A DNA stretch of 64,000 nt from Candidatus Falkowbacteria bacterium RIFOXYC2_FULL_36_12. GTDB taxonomy: Bacteria > Patescibacteriota > Patescibacteriia > UBA11705. The translations under genes and the position numbers were made by a program. Positions 58,307 through 64,000 of the stretch are shown here, in pieces (position 1 is the first letter of the stretch; each line of letters begins with the position of its first letter). Under the pieces are notes generated by a model. That model did no database searches and was not told where the DNA came from. It saw only the letters and a program-made list of their open reading frames with translations. The DNA lies in NCBI GenBank assembly GCA_001778235.1, contig MFGJ01000006.1, positions 98,092 to 162,091 on the forward strand. The letters run 5' to 3'.

Positions 58307-58462
58307 ATGTCACAGGATAATTTGGTAAAATTTCAGTGTAAAGAATGCCGTAGCATAAATTACTTTTCTAAAAAGAATAAAAAAGTTATTAAAGTAAAAT
58401 TGGAAATGAAAAAACATTGCCGAAAATGCGGAAAGCATACAATGCACAAGGAAGTTAAATAA
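58307..58462 (+). CDS. rpmG: 50S ribosomal protein L33 (51 aa; below ORF-track length cutoff)
   Basis: translation MSQDNLVKFQCKECRSINYFSKKNKKVIKVKLEMKKHCRKCGKHTMHKEVK with L33 Cys pairs; classic tRNA-Thr–rpmG arrangement; terminator follows (~58467-58526). Confidence 0.8.
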   Translation: MSQDNLVKFQCKECRSINYFSKKNKKVIKVKLEMKKHCRKCGKHTMHKEVK

Positions 58463-58575
58463 ACAAAAAGTCCCCATACTAATATAAGTAAACAAATTAT
58501 TTTAAGTAGCGTGGGGATTTTTTTTGAAACTGTAAATAGTTTTGAGTAAAAGGCAATATAAAAATATTATGTTCG

Positions 58576-59247
58576 TTGACACAGGGAGGAACAATGGAAT
58601 TCAGCTTGATGTTCCCAGTTTGGAGAAAATATGTAGCCTGTTATTTAGTGATCCTGTATGGTGGTGCTGGTTATTTGTTAACAAACAACATCTCAATTTC
58701 TGAACCAACACTTTTTCCACTTTGGGATATTGACAACTTGATGCCTTTTTTACCTTGGACCCTGATTGTTTATTCTTCAATTTTTGGATTAATTTTCATT
58801 ATGCCATTCCTGATCAATAGTGAGTTGATGTTGAAGCGAACTTTACTAACTGGCGTAAGCTTAATTACAGTGAACCTAGCATTTTTTATTATTATGCCAA
58901 TTGAATATCCAGCTAGACCAGCAATTGATAGTGTTTTGGAAATAGGGTCGTTTTGGCATAATGTTTATTCTATATTGTATAATACTGATAATGCTAAAAA
59001 TTGTTTTCCCAGCATGCATGTGAGTATGGTAACATTTTTTGTGTTGATATTTTATAAAACTCGACCAACAATGTTTAAAATCTTCTCAATTTACGGTGTG
59101 TTTGTTGCTTTGTCCACAATGACAACCAAACAGCATTATTTTATTGATGTGGTAGCTGGGCTTTTACTGGCAGGACTGGTCTATGTGATTGTTGGTGAAG
59201 AAATGGTGCCCCAAACAAGGGAAGAGAGGAATAGTGGACACGATTGA
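58576..59247 (+). CDS. PAP2-superfamily membrane phosphatase-like protein
   Basis: PSMHVS (PSGH-like) and QHYFIDVVAG (SRx5Hx3D-like) motifs in a polytopic membrane protein. Confidence 0.5.
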   Translation: MTQGGTMEFSLMFPVWRKYVACYLVILYGGAGYLLTNNISISEPTLFPLWDIDNLMPFLPWTLIVYSSIFGLIFIMPFLINSELMLKRTLLTGVSLITVNLAFFIIMPIEYPARPAIDSVLEIGSFWHNVYSILYNTDNAKNCFPSMHVSMVTFFVLIFYKTRPTMFKIFSIYGVFVALSTMTTKQHYFIDVVAGLLLAGLVYVIVGEEMVPQTREERNSGHD

Positions 59248-59830
59248 TAATGGTCAAGAGTTAAATGTTGTTGTAAAAGATTTTGTAGTGTTTACATTTT
59301 TAGATTCAAATACTTATAATTTGAATTTACGACTGTTTGATTCAATAATGTCAGCTGAAAGAGTTATGCCTGAAACAAAGCAATTAGTTTTGTCAGAATG
59401 TATGCATAGACTGGATGATTGGAAGTGTGTTGTGCTGGTTCTACGATATGAGAAAAAAACTGAAATCGTTCGATATGTGATAGATAAAGTTTTTCTTCAC
59501 TGTGCTTCAGTAAATAGTAACAATGGTTATGGACCTTATCGATTATTTGAAGCATCATTACTTTATGAAATTTTGTTAAACGGGTGTGGAGAAAATTTGT
59601 TTTTAGCACTTGAAGCTTGGAATTTTATAAAGGAATTGAAACTGTTACACAAATTTAGCTTAGATGAATTCAGGCGAATGCATAATGCTATTGAAAAAAT
59701 TTCTACCCTCAAAGATTGGTGTCGTACAAAAACTGTGGTTGATGAATTGGCGACAAGAATAGATTGTTTGGAACAAGAAAAAATATTGGAACAGTATTTT
59801 CACCTTGAAAGTACGACTGAAGAAATCTGA
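59189..59830 (+). CDS. hypothetical protein (overlaps previous ORF 3' end in another frame)
   Basis: ORF only. Confidence 0.3.
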   Translation: MLVKKWCPKQGKRGIVDTIDNGQELNVVVKDFVVFTFLDSNTYNLNLRLFDSIMSAERVMPETKQLVLSECMHRLDDWKCVVLVLRYEKKTEIVRYVIDKVFLHCASVNSNNGYGPYRLFEASLLYEILLNGCGENLFLALEAWNFIKELKLLHKFSLDEFRRMHNAIEKISTLKDWCRTKTVVDELATRIDCLEQEKILEQYFHLESTTEEI

Positions 59831-59899
59831 ATCTACTTGAAACTAAGTAGGTTTTTTTGTTGAAAAATGTATTTAATTGAGTTAAACTATAGTTAAATT

Positions 59900-61597
59900 A
59901 TGATTGATACTAACAACAATAACTATAAACTGATTTTAGTTGTTTTGGCTGTTATTTTCTTTTTTATTTATTCATTTTTTGCTATCACTATTTGGATTCC
60001 AGGCTTTCAGCAGACTGAACAGGTGATTTTCAGTTGGCCTGATGCTATGGCTAACCAAGCTTTTGTCAAGCAGTTTATTGAGCACTCAAATTTCAAGATA
60101 AGTTTCCCTGATAATACTTTGGTAAGTCAGATTGTTCATCCCAGAAGTACCAATGTATTTAATGATAATATTGTGCCAATGAGTTTCCTTGGTTTGGTAT
60201 TAATTTATGGAATATTGGGAAAAGTTGTTACTATATATGGAACACTTTTGCTTACGCCGTTATTTTCTGTTTTTGGTGTATTATTTTTTTATGGATTGAT
60301 AAAAAAAGTAATTAATGAAAGGGCTGGATTTATTTCAGCGCTACTTTTATTTAGTCTGTCAGCATATTGGTATTATTCTTCTTTGGTAATGCTACATACT
60401 GTTTTATTTATCAGTTTATTGCTGGCTGGGATGTATTTCTTGTTAAAAAGTGAAGATTTTATAGTTGACGATGAATATAAAACCCAAAATTATATTTTTG
60501 TGGCTGTCGGGGCTATTTTTATTGGTTTGAGTTTGATTGTCAGGACGGTTGAAGCTCCATGGATACTGCTTATTATTTTGCTAGTTTCATTGTTTGCTAG
60601 AAAGCGTTGGTGGCTGAAGGCAATTATATTTTTGGTAATTTTAGGTATAACTTTTCTGCCGGTTTTGTATCAGAATAAACAATTGTACGGTGATTATTTT
60701 AGTGTTGGGTATTTAAATTTGGAAAAGTCAGGTACTTTACTTGATAAATTGCCAAATGAATTTGAAGTTGAAAAAACCAATGATTATTTTCAATGGGTAA
60801 AAGCTGTGGCCTTGCCATTTGGTTGGAATTGGAAAAATTTATTAAAAACCGGTTTTGAATATTTTGTCATGTTTTATGGTCCATATTTATTTTTGTCCAT
60901 AATAGGCTTAATTTGGTTTTTGGTTGAAAAGGAAAAAAGAAAACAGATTTGGGTTTATCTTCTAGCTGTGATGCTGGCAATGATCTGGCTGGTGTTTTAT
61001 TATGGTAATTGGCAATTCGCTGACAGTGAAATATTGAAATACAATACTATTGGTAGTTCGTATATGAGATATTGGTTGCCAGTATTTATAATGCTGATAC
61101 CTGGAATTGGTTTTCTTTTTGATAGATTGTTGGCAGTAAAAAAATGGCAATTTTTTCTAAAATCTATTGTTGTAGTGACAGTGATTTTATTGACTGGATA
61201 TTCTTTTTTCTGGGCTTATCTGACGCCTAAAGATGGGTTATTAGCACAAAAACAAGTTTTAGAACAAAATTATAAACGACATAAACAGGTGGCAGGTTAT
61301 ATTGAAGATAATAGCATATTGATAGTTGACAAAACAGATAAATTATTTTGGCCAAAATATAATGTTGTAGTTTTCTTGTATGATTATTCAATTTTTCCTG
61401 AAATTAACCAAATTATTGATAAATATCCTGTATATTACATGAGTGTAATGCCAGATAAAGACATTGATTTTATTAATCGGACAAAGATAAATCAATTTAA
61501 TTTAGAATTAAAGGCTCCACTGATAGTTGACAATGAATATCGTTTGTTTAAAATTGAGCCAAAAGGGATTTCACAAAATCAAAATGATGAGTTATAA
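59900..61597 (+). CDS. polytopic membrane protein, possible GT-C-fold glycosyltransferase (ArnT/PMT-like architecture)
   Basis: ~11 TM helices plus C-terminal soluble domain; sits upstream of sugar-nucleotide and GT2 genes. Confidence 0.4.
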   Translation: MIDTNNNNYKLILVVLAVIFFFIYSFFAITIWIPGFQQTEQVIFSWPDAMANQAFVKQFIEHSNFKISFPDNTLVSQIVHPRSTNVFNDNIVPMSFLGLVLIYGILGKVVTIYGTLLLTPLFSVFGVLFFYGLIKKVINERAGFISALLLFSLSAYWYYSSLVMLHTVLFISLLLAGMYFLLKSEDFIVDDEYKTQNYIFVAVGAIFIGLSLIVRTVEAPWILLIILLVSLFARKRWWLKAIIFLVILGITFLPVLYQNKQLYGDYFSVGYLNLEKSGTLLDKLPNEFEVEKTNDYFQWVKAVALPFGWNWKNLLKTGFEYFVMFYGPYLFLSIIGLIWFLVEKEKRKQIWVYLLAVMLAMIWLVFYYGNWQFADSEILKYNTIGSSYMRYWLPVFIMLIPGIGFLFDRLLAVKKWQFFLKSIVVVTVILLTGYSFFWAYLTPKDGLLAQKQVLEQNYKRHKQVAGYIEDNSILIVDKTDKLFWPKYNVVVFLYDYSIFPEINQIIDKYPVYYMSVMPDKDIDFINRTKINQFNLELKAPLIVDNEYRLFKIEPKGISQNQNDEL

Positions 61598-61623
61598 TAA
61601 AAATACTTAAATTAAGTAAAATT

Positions 61624-62658
61624 ATGCTAAATACAAATACAAATGAAAAGAAAAAAGTAAAAAATGCTGTGGTTTTTGGAGGGGCTGGTTTTATTGGCTC
61701 TCATCTATGTGAAAGACTCTTGGAAAAAAGTTATAATGTTATCTGTATTGATAATTTTATTTCAAGTGGTCAAAATAATATTACACATTTACTGCGATTA
61801 CCAAAGTTTGAGTTTATCAGGCATGACATTTCCGAACCAATTGACCTTGAAGCGAAAAAGGATTTAACAAAATTTCAGATCAATGTGTTTGGTGTGCAAG
61901 AGGTATATAATTTATCTTGTCCAACTTCTATTAAAAATTTTGAAAAAGTAAAAATTGAAACTTGCTTAGCCAATGCTTATGGCACAAAAAATTCTCTTGA
62001 TGTAGCCATGAAATACAGAGCCAAATTTATGCATTTTTCTTCTCAAGTTGTTTATGGCAATTTTGAAAAAGGGGAATTTGTAAAAGAGGATTTTTTTCAA
62101 GGAGTAACCAATCAGCTTGACCCTCGTGCTTGCTATGATGAAGGCAAGAGATATGCGGAAACTTTGGTTGATGTTTATCGTGAAGTTCATAAATTGGACA
62201 CAAAAATATTGAGAATTTTCAGAACATACGGTCCAAGAATGTTGCTTGATGATGGTCAGATGATCCCTGATTTTATTGTTAATGCACTTGAGGGAAAAGA
62301 TTTGACGATGAATGGCGGAGATGATTTTCAGACAAGTTTGATTTATGTTTCAGATATTGTTGAGGGAGCAATGAAGCTGATGAGGACTAAAAATAATGGG
62401 CCATTTAATTTGGGAAGTCCGGAGATTTACAAAATAACTGATGTCGCAAATAAAATTATTGAATTAACAGAATCAAAATCAAAATTGAAATTCGGTGAAA
62501 AATTATTGTTCCTGCGTGAAGGCGCTTTCCCTGATATAACCAAAGTAAAAGATGAAATTGGCTGGTTTCCACTTGTTACCCTTGAAGATGGACTGCGAAA
62601 GACGATTGAATATACAGAAGCTCATAAAAACTTGCTGGTATTTCGTACAGATGTTTAG
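61624..62658 (+). CDS. NAD-dependent epimerase/dehydratase (UDP-glucuronate decarboxylase/UXS-like SDR)
   Basis: GGAGFIGSHL Rossmann motif, YDEGKRYAE catalytic YxxxK. Confidence 0.8.
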   Translation: MLNTNTNEKKKVKNAVVFGGAGFIGSHLCERLLEKSYNVICIDNFISSGQNNITHLLRLPKFEFIRHDISEPIDLEAKKDLTKFQINVFGVQEVYNLSCPTSIKNFEKVKIETCLANAYGTKNSLDVAMKYRAKFMHFSSQVVYGNFEKGEFVKEDFFQGVTNQLDPRACYDEGKRYAETLVDVYREVHKLDTKILRIFRTYGPRMLLDDGQMIPDFIVNALEGKDLTMNGGDDFQTSLIYVSDIVEGAMKLMRTKNNGPFNLGSPEIYKITDVANKIIELTESKSKLKFGEKLLFLREGAFPDITKVKDEIGWFPLVTLEDGLRKTIEYTEAHKNLLVFRTDV

Positions 62659-62661
62659 ATT

Positions 62662-63327
62662 ATGGAAAAAGTTTTTATAATTACACCAGTTTTTAACGGA
62701 TCTAAGACAATTGAAAAAGTCTTGGATTCTTTGTTATTGCATAATTATAGAAATATTGTTGTGGTTAATGATGGTAGTATTGATGATACGATTGAAAGAT
62801 TGAAAAATTATGATGTATACACTATTAGTCACATTGTAAATTTGGGGCAGGGCGCGGCCTTGAGGACTGGGACGGAATTTGCGTTGAAGCTTGGGGCGGA
62901 AACGATAGTGCATTTTGATGCTGATGACCAGCATCCAGCTGATGAAATTGTAAAGTTATTAGGTAAGTTGGCAGAAGGCTATGATATTGCTCTCGGGTCA
63001 CGGTTTATTGACAACAGGACCCAAATGCCTTGGACCAAGAAATATTTAATTTTGAAACCGGCGATTATGGTTAATTACTTGTTTTCAGGATTAAAGTTAA
63101 CTGATGCTCACAATGGTTTTCGAGCAATGAGTAGATTTGCGGCTGAAAAAATACAAATAAACCAGAACCGAATGGCGCATGCTTCTGAAATTACTTCGGA
63201 AATAAAAAGACATGGTTTGAAGTATGCTGAAGTGTCAGTAAAGATTCGTTATCATCAATATGGTCAAAACTGGAAAGGTGGATTAAAAGTGATTGCTGAT
63301 TTAATTAAACAAAGAATTATTAACTGA
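62662..63327 (+). CDS. glycosyltransferase family 2 (polyprenyl-phosphate sugar synthase-like)
   Basis: VVNDGSIDDT and FDADDQH motifs (DxD). Confidence 0.8.
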   Translation: MEKVFIITPVFNGSKTIEKVLDSLLLHNYRNIVVVNDGSIDDTIERLKNYDVYTISHIVNLGQGAALRTGTEFALKLGAETIVHFDADDQHPADEIVKLLGKLAEGYDIALGSRFIDNRTQMPWTKKYLILKPAIMVNYLFSGLKLTDAHNGFRAMSRFAAEKIQINQNRMAHASEITSEIKRHGLKYAEVSVKIRYHQYGQNWKGGLKVIADLIKQRIIN

Positions 63328-63328
63328 T

Positions 63329-63673
63329 ATGAACATTTTTCAAATTTTAATCGCAATATTTATTGTTTATGTTGTGGTTAAGCTCATAATTAAATTAAAA
63401 AAGAAAGAAATCAACTCACAATTGTTTATTTTGTGGATTTGTATCTGGTTATTTGTCAGTGTTTTTGTTTTTGTTCCAAAGTTGACAAGCTTGATTGCCT
63501 CTAATGTCGGCATCGGCAGAGGAGTTGATCTGGCGATATATTCTGCAATTGTGTTAATTTTTTACGCTTTGTTTAAAATTTTAGTTAGAATGGAAAAAAT
63601 TGAGAAAAATCAAACTGAACTTATCCGGAAAATTTCTTTAACCAATGTTAAAAAACATGATGGAGAAAGATAA
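63329..63673 (+). CDS. small membrane protein, DUF2304/GtrA-like partner of GT2
   Basis: two TM helices, conserved position after GT2. Confidence 0.5.
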   Translation: MNIFQILIAIFIVYVVVKLIIKLKKKEINSQLFILWICIWLFVSVFVFVPKLTSLIASNVGIGRGVDLAIYSAIVLIFYALFKILVRMEKIEKNQTELIRKISLTNVKKHDGER

Positions 63674-64000
63674 AAATTTGAATGTAGCTGTGATTATGAT
63701 AAATTATCATGATTATGCTGATCGATTTTTAGCTGATTGTATTGCTTCACTTCGGCAAGTTAATTTTAGTTATGGAAAATTTGATATTGTGGTGGTTGAT
63801 AATGATTCAAGCTATCAAACTAGAAAATTGATTCAAGAAATAGCTCCTGAAGTTAGGATAGTTGTCAACAAGGAAAATATAGGTTTTGGTGCTGGGAATA
63901 ATAGTGCGGTTGAGGCAATCAAAGAACTTGGATATGATTACTATCTTTTTCTAAATATGGATGTTGAAGTTGAATCTGATTTTATTAATTATTTAGTAGA
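63660..64000 (+). CDS. glycosyltransferase family 2 (partial, continues beyond window)
   Basis: VAVIMINYHDYADRFLADCIASL ... DIVVVDNDSSYQT GT2 N-terminal signature; start ATG 63657/63660 overlapping previous stop. Confidence 0.65.
   Translation, partial: MEKDKNLNVAVIMINYHDYADRFLADCIASLRQVNFSYGKFDIVVVDNDSSYQTRKLIQEIAPEVRIVVNKENIGFGAGNNSAVEAIKELGYDYYLFLNMDVEVESDFINYLV

Noticed and set aside
142-64000. Alternative genetic code (e.g. UGA or UAG reassignment) to explain the in-frame TAG at 30827
   Set aside because: Confidently called genes in the window end in TGA (e.g. 1537-1539), TAG (rpoD 13803-13805) and TAA. Long ORFs are intact under the standard code. The TAG is better explained as a local nonsense mutation or readthrough in a foreign gene.

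Overview
The window is AT-rich (~30-35% GC), gene-dense, and uses standard stop codons (TGA, TAG and TAA all terminate genes). It has many small hypothetical membrane or secreted proteins and almost no biosynthetic genes, which fits a reduced-genome bacterium, possibly a CPR/Patescibacteria-like lineage (inference).

Recognisable housekeeping genes:
- a beta-CASP RNase and a DsbA-like oxidoreductase
- dnaG-rpoD (MMS operon core)
- zur-znuABC zinc uptake operon
- DEAD-box helicase
- ABC-2 exporter pair
- greA
- an HI0933-type flavoprotein and TspO
- an ECF sigma factor with a probable anti-sigma
- cysS, malic enzyme, truB and hutH
- two HisRS paralogues with two tRNA-His genes between them
- a GNAT acetyltransferase and an M20 peptidase
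- rpmG preceded by tRNA-Thr
- a 3' cell-envelope glycosylation cluster: GT-C-like membrane protein, UXS-like epimerase/dehydratase, GT2, GtrA-like small membrane protein, second GT2
- further tRNA genes: tRNA-Ser(GGA) and tRNA-Asn(GUU)

Accessory or unusual content:
1. A ~1.45 kb island of ~60-67% GC at ~30.2-31.7 kb. It encodes a signal-peptide-bearing, extremely Cys-rich repeat protein behind a perfect sigma70 consensus promoter. A single in-frame TAG sits in a repeat-linker position.
2. A candidate Type II restriction-modification pair beside tRNA-Ser, next to a degenerate copy of the tRNA 3' end.
3. Two structurally different tRNA-His(GUG) genes between the two HisRS paralogues: one canonical (G-1/C73, encoded CCA) and one with A73, no G-1 and no CCA.
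4. An extensive family of dispersed intergenic repeats. Type A is a 26-nt palindromic hairpin, CCTGCCTTCATCAAGATTACGGCAGG, plus conserved flanks. Type B elements are bounded by short inverted repeats, TAYACCCTGAA ... TTCAGGGTGACAAG. Type C is GCTTCGCAGAGTNCCCC...GATCAARTCCGG. These form clusters of >100 bp, some near-identical, at ~10.4, 27.4-27.8, 37.2-37.4, 41.9-42.5 and 52.3-52.6 kb.
5. Shared 8-bp direct-repeat arrays (GAAATATT-like) flanking TspO and upstream of the ECF sigma operon.
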